Shown: positions 1 to 14,927, numbered from the stretch's first letter. The stretch: 64,000 nt of DNA from Fimbriosthenelais zetlandica (GCA_977030845.1 OZ365116.1:18662001-18726000); one strand, 5' to 3'. Notes: generated by a model from the sequence alone, not told the origin. Program-made: numbers and translations.

Positions 1-3000
1 ACTTGAAATATAGAGTAATGTCTTATTACTTAGTGTTACGGGTGGCATCTCCCTCGTTTAAGTGGACATTTTCTCCTATAATCTTCTGACAAACATTATA
101 TCTCAATCTCACTTGTCATACCGTCCCTAACGCAATTTTACATTTCAATGCCTTTGTAAAGTACTTGTAAATGGCGACACCTGAACAAATATCTTTCTGT
201 ATTGGGTTTCCACCTCTTGCATTGACAAGTATGGGTGAGAATTGATCCCTGAAATACTGTCAATAGATGGGTATCTCTGAACCCTATGATTGAGACACCT
301 GGAAATAGAGAAAGGCATCTATTTGATGTCTCCGTACGAGCTACAGACTAGTAGACACGTGACGATGCCAATTCACAGACACCTGATGAATGGATCCATC
401 CAGGGGTTAAAAATACTGATCACCACTGGCGAAATACTCCCTGCCAATTCCCTCCTTTTCCCCTCTTCCAGTCTTCCCTATATCTATACTCTTTGCCAAA
501 GTTCCAGCTACAATATATATGTAAAACATGGATCCATACAAGTTGTCATTGAGTATAGATCTGTCTTCCTTTCAAGTGTAACACTGTACTAACTGGAGAG
601 CAGCCATCCCCCATGTAAGAGTTTCAAGTTTTAAGGAGACATTTTGTGTAGGGAGCTGTATAAATGTATATATGCTGGGCGTCTGCCATAGAATTTGGGA
701 AGGGTACTGTCAGGTTACAAATAGTTGATTCAACTACATGTTCCCTCACCTCGCTAGACTTTTATATAATGTTGGTTATCTGGAAATGAAATATGGTCTT
801 GTTTTCGGGAGATGAGTGGAAGTTTGTTTCTAGCTTATTCTATAGACTTGATTGACAAAGTGCCAGAGGGTGAAGGGATATATTATTCGTGATAAGTTTG
901 CCGAATCAAATGCTTCATTTGCCTCAATGCTCTTGTTGGAATATTCATACACATGATATTCCATGCTGCACCAAGGAACTATTTTTCTGTATGTTATATA
1001 ACCTGCTTAATACACAATGTTTCAGCTGCATTGATCGTTTAGTGAAAGTGAAATTAACAAGAAATATTTAGAAGAAACATTGAGAAAAAATGGTAGCTCT
1101 TTACACATGTATAAACCATACAATTATTCCAGAGATGGATTCCATTCAGAATACTGTGATTTAGAACACTGTGATAAGAACATTAATTGAGTACTGTTAT
1201 ATAGCAATTCAATTGGTGTCGTGAGGCGACAAAGAGCAAACCGGTCTATCGATGTACCTGTATCATATTTCTACAAGAAAGGAACGTGTCTGTCATGCAC
1301 AACTGGTTCCGCTGGTAGAAGTCTTCTTTTTAGATGTGATTTTCTGGAGTTGGGTCATGACTTTCTTTTTTAATGGATTAGTTTAATTCATGATCTTGGC
1401 AGTGAAGATAGAACTATCTCAGAAAATAACTTATTTGGCATCGATTTGTTCTACTTATAATTCATATAATGAGTTGAATACTGGACGTGGAGCAAGCAGG
1501 CCAGCCTACATGTATGTTTGATACGAGGCGCCATCTTGTGAGGACCTTTTGTATAGAATCTCAATCATAAAGTCAGGTTATAAAGCTGAGTGGCATTCAC
1601 AAGTGATGCTTTGATCTGCAAATAAACTTAGAAATTGCTTACTTAGAGTACTTCTCAGTGTTTGAAGTGGTTTCTAATGAATGTATCAAAAGCAGAATGA
1701 GGTTTATATATGACCTTAGTCGTACACTGGTGCATACTTAGCTTCCCCATCTCTCTGGGAATCTTTACAAGGTATTATTTGAGAACACCACCCGCAGAGT
1801 TCAAGAGGACGTGGGATGAACAATATAATTATATTTATTGGGCCCCTATGGCACCAGTCGTTGGCTTCTGTAAAATATGTGTCATCCATCTGAATCTTCT
1901 CAGTCCCATCCTTGACAAAAATCAAAGCCATCAGTATCTGAAGTGTCTGATAGATTTTGTTTTTCCACAATCGGTTATTGTCCTCTCAGATTAAGTTTAA
2001 TGGGTCTAAGTTTACACAGTATAGGCCAGGCTTTTAGAGATCAAAACCAAGTTGAAGCATAACCATTGAGTATCACATGAACCACTACAAATTGATTTAT
2101 ACAAACCAGACATTTTAATCGGGACAGAAAGGCCCTTTGTATGCCTAACCTCAGAGATATTGGATCAGGGCATGTGGCTTTTTTTTGCCTTACCCAGCCC
2201 TGTCAACCTGCATATGTCAGTGTGATACCTGCAGGTTCACTGAACCACAAAGCTGTCCTCATCAAAGCTGGGATTGTGTTTTTGATTCCCGTCTCAGCAG
2301 CCCTCAGACACTGACTAGCATGCCTTTAGGTCATCATTTACCACTACACTTACATGATGAATGGCTCTATCATATGGGTTCTGACACAATACCCTTCTCT
2401 TATTGGTTCTGAAAGTATATCTTTTTTAGAATAATATAGAAATATCTGATTTCTGTAGTTCCAGGGGACATGAAAGTCCTAGCATTATCTCCGTTCTGTA
2501 TGAAGCTCGTGTATATATACAGTGAATGTGTCAAGCTGGCCTGCTTTCCCTTTCATAATCTATCTTCTAAATCAGCTTAGAGAGGAAGACTTGAAGGGTC
2601 ACAGGGGGTGGGGGCTCATTGTAGTAATGCCCTGACCAGCAAACCTCTGGCTGTTTTTATGTCTCATGTAGTCATGCTTGACTACCAGTCGCCACGCCTG
2701 ACCAAAGTTACCCCCTTTTTACAATCTTATAGATATTATAATGCACCGACACGTCGTCTTTCCCTTTCACATATTTTGTGAAATAAGACAACCAAAAGCA
2801 CAAAATGACTTGATTGATCTGTCAGTCTTAGAGACTTTATTAAGTGACAATGATGGATGGGTTTTCTATGGTTTAAAGGCCTTGAAAGGTGTTTATCTTG
2901 AACCAAAATAGACCTGTTAAGAATTGGCTCTGGTATGCTTGACTGGATTTGGCACCTCGCGGATCCGATTTGTCCCGAGTAAAGCTGATTAATGTTTCAA

Positions 3001-6000
3001 GGTAGATGGGTATTTAGGATCCAGGCCACTTTCTGTTCACGTTAAATTAAAGCAGTCATATATTGAAAGCACTTATAACAGGATTTACTCCTGCTCTCTC
3101 TATATGGCTCAAGCTATATGAGTTTGATATACCTGGTATTTAACTGAATGTATACCAAGTCGGGGATGAGGCATTTGGGTTCAAGCTTCACTAATTTTCC
3201 ACCAAAGGTCTAATTAATTGATTTAATGTGTCTATTCAATTCAGGAAATAAATCGAGAAGACTCGCTGCCTCGTAGCATGGCTGGTATTCGGTTTTGAAT
3301 TTGACTTAGACATGTTACTAAATCTCAACCTCTCACGGTCTGAATACTCCTAACACAGCCATCTCCCTACACGCTTTTGAACCATTTTTTTTCTTGTTTA
3401 TCTCAGGAGAATCATCTCTTCGTAATACCCTCATTATTATAATCTATTTTTAACATAGAAAATAACTGCTTTTATTACTTCTTTCGAAGCTATTATAATA
3501 GAACTGTGTTTAAATTATATTCCATTTGATTCCCTCATTACCTTGACACCCGCCTGACTATGTGGAGTGAATTGACAGTTTAATTTATGATCTAATGGAT
3601 ATAACAACCATGCAATCATCCCATTATAACCTTACGTATTACATATGTCAAAGATGTTCAATTATTAGCCTGAACAACCAGGAAATATGTTTATATAATC
3701 TGCTGAGGATATGTATTAGGATTTGTTCAAACAGAAGGTTGATTTATGTATAAAGGTAGGAGGAGGATTTGCGTGTAATTGGAGGCAGTATCCTGGTACA
3801 CCTCTGTCTATGCGGTACTTGTGGTACCTGTGGGTGTAGGGTAAAGAGCACCTTCATGAACCCACCTCCCACTCCACCCACTCCCAATCACATAATCTAA
3901 CTGATCCATCTCTTATTTGTCAGTATTCAGTCCTTCTAGAACATCTGGAGTGGAACATTGGTTAATCTATATATTGTTGAGAATTTTGAATTCTTTTATT
4001 TTTCTGTTTCGGTATAGTGATGGGAGTGGTCTGTGGTTTGTATTTGGCACAGACATATAAATGGATTCATCTGTTAAACCACATTTATAAAGCAGGCTAC
4101 CTCCCTCTGTACCTTCAGTATATAATGTGTTTAGACACATTTTGTTCTAGTCTGTTTTCTTTGTCTATGAAGTACTTGTTCTATCAAATCGTGCGCCTTG
4201 GCAGCCCTTTGTAATTATTTCCCCTTTGAACCTATTCATCTACCACTTTCCTTGATAACTGAGATTATCTCTCCTCGGAACACGAATTGTCAGTGATCTT
4301 TGCAATGAAATATAATTATTGATGATTACATTTTAAAATATTATCTCTGAGGTTCTAAGTGTTGTGTATTTCATGTATCCAGGGACCATATCTGCCCCTC
4401 CTCCATGGCTTCCTGCCATCTGGTGACGGTTGTTATCAGAACATATCTAATTGATATAATAATCTCCCTCCTTATTTCAACTCTTTGGTTACTGGATGAT
4501 TCAGGAAAAGAACCCTTCAACATTTAATTGACTATAATCACCTCGAAAAAAGTTTACTGAAGATTGCATACCGTCACAAATACATCCTCTCTAGTAAGAG
4601 CTGAAAAATTCAAACAAGGGCCTGGAAATGTTCCACATTCACTTTATCAACTCCAGTTTCATTTTGTCCGGAGTGAATAACAGTAATGTTAAGAACATTT
4701 GAGGGAAGAAATCGGCAGGACTTCACTTCGCTGCTTCTAAATGTAATATATCTGCTTGTGCCAAAGTTACTTTCCCGGTATGGCCTACTGCCAGATGCCC
4801 TATAAAGGCAGATTGTTCTCTCTCCCTCATCTTACACGTCTTTACACCATCTCTCTATGCTGGCGGACCCAGCCCTCGGCTAATTGTGAACCAGGGAGGT
4901 TTGTCTTCCCGTTTTGATCTGATTTGGGTAAAGTAATGATCAGATGGAGGGAGCAAGAGTAAGATTGTCCACTTACAGGATGAGTCAACACCTCCCGTCA
5001 CACTCAGATATCTAAATGATGATCATATGACGTCTGTCACTTGATTCTCAACTTTTATTAACAGATAGTAAACTTTATCATCTGCATGCTGATGCCTCTA
5101 CAGTTATCATTCAGAAATATTGCCTTGGTCTTTGTCTCAATTTTGAATGACTCATCCCAAGGTTCTTTCAATATATGTAGGATAGAAATGCGTCTGGTGC
5201 CAGTTCTACGTCTCCCAGTCTTTGTCATTCAGTTGAACCTAATGAATTTTATTGCATTGACAGTATGGAATCAGTCTATAATCCATATATTGAATAGATT
5301 TTCATCCAACATTATGTGCTGGAATGACGAAATGTGGTTTTAAAATGGCTGGGAAACCATAGCAACCAAAACACACAATGCAAACCTGATTCAACTTGTT
5401 GGCCACATTGGTGGATGGTATTGATGTATCTCTGGGGCTTTGCATGAATAATGCCCCTCTGTGCATAGTCATAATGCTAATCATGCTATAGTCAGCTTAT
5501 CCATCACCACCGGGATCAATGCCTAGATTGTACTTTTACTTATTTTTATGTCTCATGTTTGATTATGCTCAACTGTTCAGCATTGAACCAAATCTGAATG
5601 TTACATCCCTGTCATGCTTCCAGAAGCCCAACTTCCCCTTACTATTGTCATATATTTATTTTAGGATGTTCTTGTTTAAAAAAATGTCAAAGTACAATCT
5701 ATTGTTCACTGCACACCTTCTTGGATGGAAGCGAAGTGGTTCCCATTCAATGGAAAGGAACAATAGCATTCCAATTGTGTTCACGAAGGACCATCCACCA
5801 TTGAAAAATACTTTACATTTTTTGGTTTAGATCTTGTACCTGTTAGTTAGAACTACATGTCAGTGTGACAGGTCGAGTTGAGGTTCAAAGACCTCAGCAT
5901 TTGACAAGCCTAGAGGGCTGGCAGCAATCATTCCTTTATTCATCCTTTGACAAACGCCCGTAGAACTGAAAATTACATTTTCTGGATGGAGTTGAGCATT

Positions 6001-8229
6001 CTTTGAACATACCTACTTGTACTACTGGTACTTAATATTACAGGATTTAACTGACGCTGAATTCTCCCCCAGTACTTGGTAGACCTATACCAGATATCTG
6101 TTTCTTCATCTGGAAATATTGCCTACACAGACCATGAAATGTATCTTGTTTTTTTACTTTACGTACATACACTTGGCTGTGGGTTGGTGTACACTACCAT
6201 CTAGTCGTGATGACACCCACCACCTCTACAATCCCTGTCATGGATCTCTTGCTGCGATGAAAAGCAAAATTCCAGAGTTCCACCAGAGAGCCCAAAGTGG
6301 CCACCCATTCATGAGTTGGGTTAGCTAAGTGATACATACTGTCATATTCTGGTACTAACACCTGTAAATCTCAGGTCCTAGTTTATGGGAGGAGACTGGC
6401 TCTAAATTCAACTGCAAACTGGTTTGCTCAGTTGACACATTTCCAAAGCATCACCACATTATTATAAGTACTAGCTATACCATCAATCAGTCTTCACACT
6501 ATACCAACATCATTATTTCATTCATGAACACCCTAATTGTCATATTTGGCAACATGAGCTGTTTCCCCTGTACATTTGAAATACCCCCATGTAGACTAGT
6601 CATTATACTGTACCTGAGTAGACGAGTGGTAACCACCAAGTGAAGCTGATCACCATCCAAATCATCGTCTTTGTCTGGTCTTGATCCTCCTTCAACAATT
6701 TTTCTCTTTTTCCGGCCTTGCTAGCTCAAGAATGCTCTCCCCGTCTCCTGTTCTATACATTTACTCCGGTAAGAATAAAAAAGTTACACATTGTCCTCCT
6801 TTACTTGTCCCCTTTGCTTGTTCTCTTGGTTCCACCCTTACAGATAAAAATTTAGCTTCTCAAATCCACCTGACTGATACTTGGCAATTCCTGGGTAAAT
6901 ATTTGAAGTATCATCTTGGCCATCCACTCAGCGAAAGTGTCCTCCTTATTATTTTTTTTAAGTCAGTCACACTTTGTTGCCTTTCAGTTCAACTCTATGA
7001 TCAGCAATGCTGGGAATCCCCTTCTATAGTAGCTCAGTGCCTCTAGGACTGTTGCAGTCATTCCAGGCTAGGTCTTGTTCAGCCTCTAGTCGATCCACAT
7101 GGTTGTAAATGTTACCTCCATGTATCATGTGTCTATGTATTATGACCGTGGAGGAGGATCTACCATGAAGGGTTGATGTGTAGGGGTGAGGTATGATTGG
7201 TGGACTGACAGGCAGGTAGAGGTGGGCCTTATACCTTGACACACGAGTTCACTCTGTTTATGTGCTAGTGGGAACCTTACAACCAGAGACACCCAACCGT
7301 AAACCCTCCCCTTAATTATCCTCTCAAAAAACCACATGTTTTACTACTACCATGAAAGACAATGTTGGGAATTAGAGCATGATCCCCTTGCATCTAATTT
7401 CATTATATTTGTCACATAGAATTAATTCCTTGGATATTGCTTATTAAGCATAATCTTGAGTAGTATGTTCTTTTAAGACAAACATTTTGATATTATATTC
7501 AAAGAAAGTGTAATTAGAGATTTTCTGGTATATTCACTGAGAAAAAAAGCAAAATTTTGCTAAGTGAGTCATTGAAGGCTAACGGACAGATAGATAATTT
7601 GTGACATGTACATCAGCAGCCAACCTAAATAACAAAAATTAACCTTTGTATATATTAATTGTTTGAATGTGAATTGAGAGGTGTGTCGATGTCTTACCTG
7701 CCATATTAATATCTATGTCAGGCACCTTTGTTGAGTCAGAAGGCAGTGGAGTGTGACCTATTTAGCCACGAGCATATTATGAATCACTTAAGTAATTGTA
7801 GCTTTCATATTTTGTAGTTATAAATATCTTTTAAAGTACAAGAAATATGATAAACGATCTCAAGAATATTGGGTATTCCTGGATACCTTTTCTGAAGTTT
7901 TATAACAATAATTGAAGCATTTCTGGGGCCTGAGAAAGGGTTGTAGTGAAACAGATGGACACATGAATAAATAAGCCAATCAATGGGTCATGGTATGAGC
8001 AATATGAGTGGTAAATGATGGCCATGAATCAAGAGCAGCTACCTTAAACATTAACATTGTATGATACATAATCAATATTGACCTCCTCACTTAACATACA
8101 TGTCCACGTTTAATTCCATACATATAAAGAAGGATATTATTTAATTTAATCTTTGTTGGTGAAGGATTTACTGTAGTTCGTGACCTCCTGGTTGCCTCAC
8201 CATGTGCTTGGGGACCATGAGGCATGGCT

Positions 8230-8430
8230 TTGCAAGGGTGGGAGGTTCCTTCCACGCTTCAGTTCACTCTCCCCCTTTCTCTTACCATCCTGCTACATCT
8301 GAGGGTCGTTTACACAACCAATTTATTCATAGTACCTTCTACAATGCGGACTAGAGGATGTTTGGGTTCATTACCCTCCAATATAGCAACTTTATTCTTG
8401 ATAAGAATTGCAACTGCCTTGTTTTAGATG
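8230..8430 (-). mobile_element. Possible decayed L1-like endonuclease fragment
   Basis: Minus-strand translation contains KAVAILIKNK, similar to the GVAILI motif of LINE APE endonucleases. Interrupted by stops; boundaries approximate. Confidence 0.25.
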
Positions 8431-10013
8431 GATGGGTACACCTACATCATTTTTATAGCCCCCAAACTTATTATTGATTATGATTATTAAAAGGTATCCG
8501 TATTATATGAATAATGTTCTCTGAATTCTTAAATACATAACAAAGGTCTTCCTACTTTTGCTCTTCCTACTCTTTCCATCAGAAATATTTTCCAATCCCT
8601 TTACTATTTTTTTCTCATTGAGTCTTTCTCATTGGATGTAGTTGATGTAGGAAGGCTCCAGTTGGAGCCACTAGGTTGTAGCGAGCATTGCCTGTTTAAC
8701 ATTCATACCTTGACATCCGGTAGAGGGTGTGCTGTGCACCTCCCTCCCTGGCCAGGCATCATGTTACTGTACAGATCATGTCCACTTTTTCTCCTCCTCC
8801 TGGCTCCTAAATAAGGCTTCATTTCCTGCCCTAATTTAGCTTGTTGCTGCGGAGGCAACTGCGCCTTCTGTATAAAAAAAGGCCACTCTGTGTTTTTTTT
8901 TGTGTGTGCCAATGTTCCTTTTTGTTTCATAAACATCATATTGCAGTAATATCCATTGCATGGAATTTCACTACTGATTATTCAGTCTTTATTATAAGAC
9001 CTTCTATTTGTGACGAGATAATGAATAATAATAATAATGGAGCTTTTAGTTATAAGACAAAGCAGGAGGTTCATGTATGTGAGTAATTAGGCTGCTCTTT
9101 TTGTGCTTCATCTGATATATTTTTATGATCTGGTTTTGCAGGTGAGTCCCCGTCAGATGTCATAATCTTAATTACCGAGAACATCAGGTTTGTCTTTCAT
9201 TTAGAAGTGTACTGATAAGAAACCATATCTTCATTCGTTTCTTTTACTTGTTAGATGTCATGTCTTCCATATATTGAATTGCGCAGTTGCCGCATAATTT
9301 CTGGAGGACACTGTATGCATGGTAGAAACACACCTGTAAGCATTATTAAAATGGTAGAAATGATGTTTTATTCTGACAAATTCCCTCCTATGCTCTTTGT
9401 GTAGGTACCAAGGTTTCCACTATTCAGCCTTGATGGAATAACCAGACACAGCCTTCCCTCTCTGTCGTTTTTTAAATGTTTGAAACCATTGGGACTTTTT
9501 TCTCCCCGGTAAGTCTATCCCTATGCATTGAGAGGGAAGCTGGTGCTACAATATACCGTGTTCCTCTGTGGATCGCACACATGGTATAGTTGAGAGCTTT
9601 GGCAAATAAGTGAAATCGATAATTGTGTCTGGAAAAAAGAAACCTCTAAGGCACACTTTATTAACTCAAGGGTTTTGTGAATTCTGTCTTTAGAGATCTG
9701 AAGTAGAATTCTTTTTTTCGATTATGCGGATGTTCTTTAACATGTTAAAGCCATCTGACTTGTCTAATGACTGGGAGTATTTAGAATTTATGATTGAAAA
9801 AAGTAATGAATAACCAAGTGAATGGCGGAGATATAGTGACCAATGTGTGGGAGAGGCTGTTGAAGCTGTGAGTGGCTGTGGATGGAGGAGGGGATGTATA
9901 TATGTTGATGGTAATGTGATGAAGAGTTCACGTCTCTAGGATATCAACCTGACTGCCATCCGAGAGGCATGGCTTCCATATTGGTAAACAGAACGGAAAT
10001 TGCTGGGAAGCAA

Positions 10014-10281
10014 TCAGCCTTCGATGATCAGCTTTTCTCGACCTCCTTCAATATTAAAGTCCTCTTTTTTCACTAAGAACCAGGATTGGCAACGTGAAGT
10101 GTTTTGAGAAAATTGAGATTTGGGGATTGCTTCATTCCCAGGGACAGCACAAACATGGAGTGGTGTTGAGGCCGTTTTTTCATACCGCTGTCGAGTATTA
10201 GTTTTTGTGGAATATTTTTGTGAATGAAAACGTAAATCCTTAAAGGATGATTCATAATGATGGTAGAATATCAATGACGGT
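10014..10281 (-). CDS. Candidate distal terminal exon, tail E (R-PSLIFYHHYESSFK...EKLIIEG*)
   Basis: Acceptor ctctttcatacaccatcccttataacag|A, 88 codons open in phase 2. Lacks a basic juxtamembrane cluster. Confidence 0.28.
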
Positions 10282-11361
10282 CTGTTATAAGGGATGGTGT
10301 ATGAAAGAGGCCGGCAACATGCCATATTGACGTCTATACTGTCAATACAAACATTACACCAGCCTCTTTGAAGATACTTAATGAACATATATCTCAGACA
10401 CTGTCTTAACATAACCAGTCTTTACCCACATTGACTAGATGCTGGTTATCGATTAATGCTGTTCAATACTGTCTGAGCTTAATCCTTGTCATTGTTTCTT
10501 TGTCTTTACCTGTTTGTCAGACTGCTTCACAGAGAGACCTCTAGTGTTAGAAGTCCTACACAGGTTTTGTGCTGCCTTAGTTCGGGCCACAGCTGGTGGA
10601 CCTATGGCCAGACCTCTCTCTGCACAGGGCAGGGGTTAGAACCCTGATCCAACCTCTGAAACATAACAGCAATGAAAAAACACCCAACCTTAAGAAGGAG
10701 AGGGTCAAAGAAAGACTTCTGTTAAACTAAACCTGAGAACAGAGACTAAGAGCCACCGAAATAATTAAAGGAGAAGCTTCATGTAAACCAAGCCGTGGAG
10801 CGTGCTCTTCAGTGAGGCTATGTTTAATCGTACTGATACAAACGTTTAAAAAGTCTGTCAGTAAGTTGAATATGTCACTGCTCATATTCCAGTGAAGTAT
10901 ACATGAGCCTGAGCTTGTTGAAGTTAGCAAACACTGCTCAATGTTGTCTGCGTGTTTCATCCGGCAGCTCCATTAGCCATCTAAAAACTCCACAGTTTGA
11001 CGGGGGATAGTAGACGCCTTGCTCCCACTTCGCCCTACAACAGCTTTCCTAATCAGATTTACGACCCAGCTCAATTTCCCTGACATGCTAAATATGATTT
11101 AATTAACTTTTCAAATTGAATCCCTATAACGTCTCCCCTGCTACAGATATTAGCTGGGATGAAGCACATTTTATGGCCACTTGGCAATTGTTTTAAAAGC
11201 GTTGGCATCAGCGTGATTCCAAGCAGTTTAGTTGTGCTGCATATTTACTTTAATAGGGCTGTATCAATGCCGAGCTGTTAGGGTGTAATGGGAATATGGA
11301 AGCAGGCGTGAACATTGAGGGTGTGATGATTTAGTTTTGTTAACCCTGATTGTGTAGTACG

Positions 11362-11393
11362 CACCACCATATCCCACCACCATATCCCACCAC
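11362..11393. repeat. Short tandem repeat, 12-bp unit caccaccatatcc-type, about 2.5 copies
   Basis: caccaccatatcccaccaccatatcccaccac read directly. Confidence 0.7.
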
Positions 11394-14300
11394 TGAATAA
11401 TACAATGAGGAGAAGATACATCAGATGTACTAATACCAGGGTACACCCCGAACTCTGTAAGGTAGAGACAGATGATAATCCTACAATGGAATGTCACATT
11501 ATAGCAAATATAATATTCAGACACACACGAAGTCAATTGAAAAGTGATGGATTGAAGTTGCACTCTCATGCATTTATTATCTCATTCCATTGTCACAATA
11601 AAAAGTATTAAGTTTCCCAAAGCAAATAGTATCACATATTCTCATCAGAATACAACATCGTCCCATAAAAACGTTGCTATGACCATTATTGACAAAAATA
11701 GCTATGTGACCTTAACATAAGCCAATATTGAATGTCACAAAGCCGCAGGGGGACTATTCATATTTTTGATTCTGCCCTATATATATACCCCACTGAGCAA
11801 AGACACCCCATACATGGAGAACAACCCCCAAATGTAACACGTTCATGACATAACAATAACATTTATATACACAAATCCAAATAAGCTGTATCTACATGGA
11901 CTATCAAGGCAGGAGCCTGTCAAAGCCTTTTGATAGTATGCCTGGAGTTCAAATTCAAATTCGTATTTTTTCTTGATTTCCTGCCTCTTGCTTTCTTCAT
12001 TGTACACATTTAGAATATTTCAAATTAATTAATATAAAATCGTTGCAGGCCAGTAACATTGGCAATGAAAATGGAAAGCAATTAAAATTCGCAAATCACA
12101 AGGAATGACAAAAAGTATTGAGAATTCCATTAAGTTTGCGTCCCTTTCATTTCCTGTTACTATTAGCACTCACCATTTAACAGAGGGAGAATGACTGGAG
12201 GATTTTTGTGTGAATAATTTCAGATTCCACTCATACCTTTGGCACTCTCAAGGGTCGCCGCACACTTAAAAATATTACCCCGTTATTTTTTGGTTTATTA
12301 AATGGTGGGATTAGCACAGGTTCAGAGAACCGAATACAGGCGAAATTGTGGCGACAGACACACACTCCAACTCTTATTTGAACTCAGTCCACTGAGGCAA
12401 TTTGTCGATTGACTGGTAGTCGGTGAATCCAAAAAGATTAGTAATGTGCAAATCAAATATAATTTCCCAAATATTTTAAATTGGAGTCAGGTTATCCTTT
12501 GATGCTAATTGACAAAAATCACTGTTTGGCAATTTGGCACCGACTGATGGCCTATGGTGATGAACTCAGTATGTCCCGTCCCTGCCTTAACAAAGTCACC
12601 ATACAATGACATAAACAAGGAACAGTCAAACAATCTACATGTCTCATGTAAAATATACGATTAAAATACATTTTTCTTTCATTTTCTCTCTCTATATTTT
12701 CACGGCCTTTACAACTTGTACAAAATTAGAGGATTCCCCTTTACAATTTCAAGGCGTTTTATGAGTGAAAACAACATGTTTTTGCCGGGTTTGCTCTATG
12801 TGTAGCCGTTGAAGTTCCTTTTATCGTCTCTGGGACCTAGGACCTAGTTTGTTATCAGTACACAGGATGAACTTAGAAACCTCATCAATGCTGTTTACAG
12901 ATATTTCCACACGTATTCCCCTCCTCCCTCAATACATGAGCTGTGCTATGTTCCCATTGAGACATCGCTTGTATATTGATGACAGGTATATTCTATACTC
13001 CATTCTGTCAGAATAATAGTTGGAAAGGCTAATATACATCATATGCTGGGTATATATTCCAGTATTTGTATCAGATCTTTGTATGGAGTGAATACTGTGG
13101 AAACAGAGGTCTTGTATTATTACTTATATACATAATGTTGGCTACATGTTCACTACATCACACCTTATTGCATGTTAGTCATGTATGGGTATAGGATGGT
13201 AAAATGCATGTTAATTCCCGGACTCGTGGTCCGCCAGTTAATACGCTATTTATATCCTCAATGAGCAACACAATGGTTATTTTAAATGTGTATAACAACG
13301 CTAGACAACAGGCATAATGTCAGTGTTATATTGTATGATATTAGGTTCTGGTATATAAGTCATCCGATTCAATTTATTTCATCTCATTTACACAATTAAT
13401 ATCATTATCTCCCTTATACCTGGATGCTTTTGTATAGGTTTTTACTACATACAACAATACTTGGAAACAAATAACCAATCGTTGGTTGATGAAGCAATGG
13501 GTACATTTGTGAATTCTACATTTTCGTTTCGGATTGATGATAGGAATTTTGATTTTTGAATGCTTTCCTTTTCGTGTATTTTAGGTATATTCTGTAGCAA
13601 ATTGATTCCTTTCCATTTAGGGAGGAGTATTTGTATTATTTCATGGACTGTATGAAAGTATGAAGACTTGACGTCGGTCAGTCTCAGCAACAAATATTTA
13701 CCAGGCAATAACCCAGGCATCGGGCTTACCCGTGGCATCCCTGCGGGTATTCCAGCACCATCAGTATCCCACACTCCACGCCCACCCAGCCACCTCGCGG
13801 GGCCTATGTAGCATGGATGAGGAACCAAAAACAAAATGAACATCTTGGTGATATTTTCACAGTGGAATCATAAAATGAAAAGAAAAACATCTCTGGCATT
13901 GTCCCTTATTGCATCTGGGATAAAACATACACATGGCTGGATCTGTCGGCAGTTGCTTCATCCCAGAGCGCATTATGAGGATATTTGTATTCTCTTCACA
14001 ATGAATGTATCATAGCCAACTCCTCAGACTATTCCCTTTGGTCCTGCTCCTATATCTTTTATAACAGCTCTCTTTCTCTGCTCCCACAAGTGGAGCTATT
14101 CCTATGCATGGGTCATATTTCAATCACTGTGAAGCTCTGTTGCATTCTCGGGCAGCAATTAATTCTCTTACATTTATTGAAGCCTTTGTTTTTCATAAAA
14201 ATATGGACTACATCTCACACATAAAAGTGAAGTTTCCTGTGTTGGGAATAATGCATCATGTTATCAAACCCTTGAGTATATAGAGTGCTGACCTTAAAGG

Positions 14301-14927
14301 CCCACGATAATCCTCCCTGATGATTAATCCTATAATCCATCATTACCCACTTAATTCATTGGGGGAAATCTCTTTAATCCCGGAGGGTTTAGATCCTGGC
14401 CCTAATCAGTTAACACTTCCCATGGACTAAGGAGATAGTGACAAATGCTGGTCTGCCTTGGGCGACATTTTTTCTCTAGACTGAATACCACATTCTTTTT
14501 GTAGGCCAGGAATGGATCCTCCTCTGTTCTCTAAACTAAATGATCACATGCAGCTTGTGAATAAATAAGCTCCCATGGTTAATGCAGTGTAAGTCCATTG
14601 CGCACAATAATCTGTCTTTGGTCCCCTTGGTTACTTAAACACCAATAGACCTCATCAAAAGTTTGTCCATCCATCTCTGCCGTATCCATAAGCTTCTTCT
14701 ATGCCTCAAGATCTCTATTCTACCTTTCTCTGGTCCAATCAGGCAGGTAATCTCACATAATATTGTACTTTTCTCTACCTGCATATATATCCTTAAGTCT
14801 CAACCTTATTCAGAAGTAGAGGGCAGATGACTGGAAGGAGGGGGCTCCTGTCTGCACCCTGCCTAAAGTTCACAGTTCATATCCCTTCATACTTTCCTCT
14901 AGACTGAACATTCTAAACAGGTCATCA

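Noticed and set aside
1710-1994. Overlapping plus and minus ORFs, one ending KYAPVYD like a tail
   Set aside because: The usable minus acceptor is phase 1 for that frame, so it is incompatible with the TM exon. The plus peptide is unrecognised.
5665-5830. Plus-strand acceptor followed by 54 open codons in phase 2 (a similar tail-like case lies at 40771-40889)
   Set aside because: Wrong strand for the receptor. Recorded as a control showing that acceptor-plus-ORF pairs arise by chance, which limits confidence in candidate tails C-E.
11264-11467. Phase-1 acceptor and 60+ codon frame (EFGVYPGIST...)
   Set aside because: Wrong phase for the TM donor, contains a 12-bp tandem repeat and has no recognisable motif.
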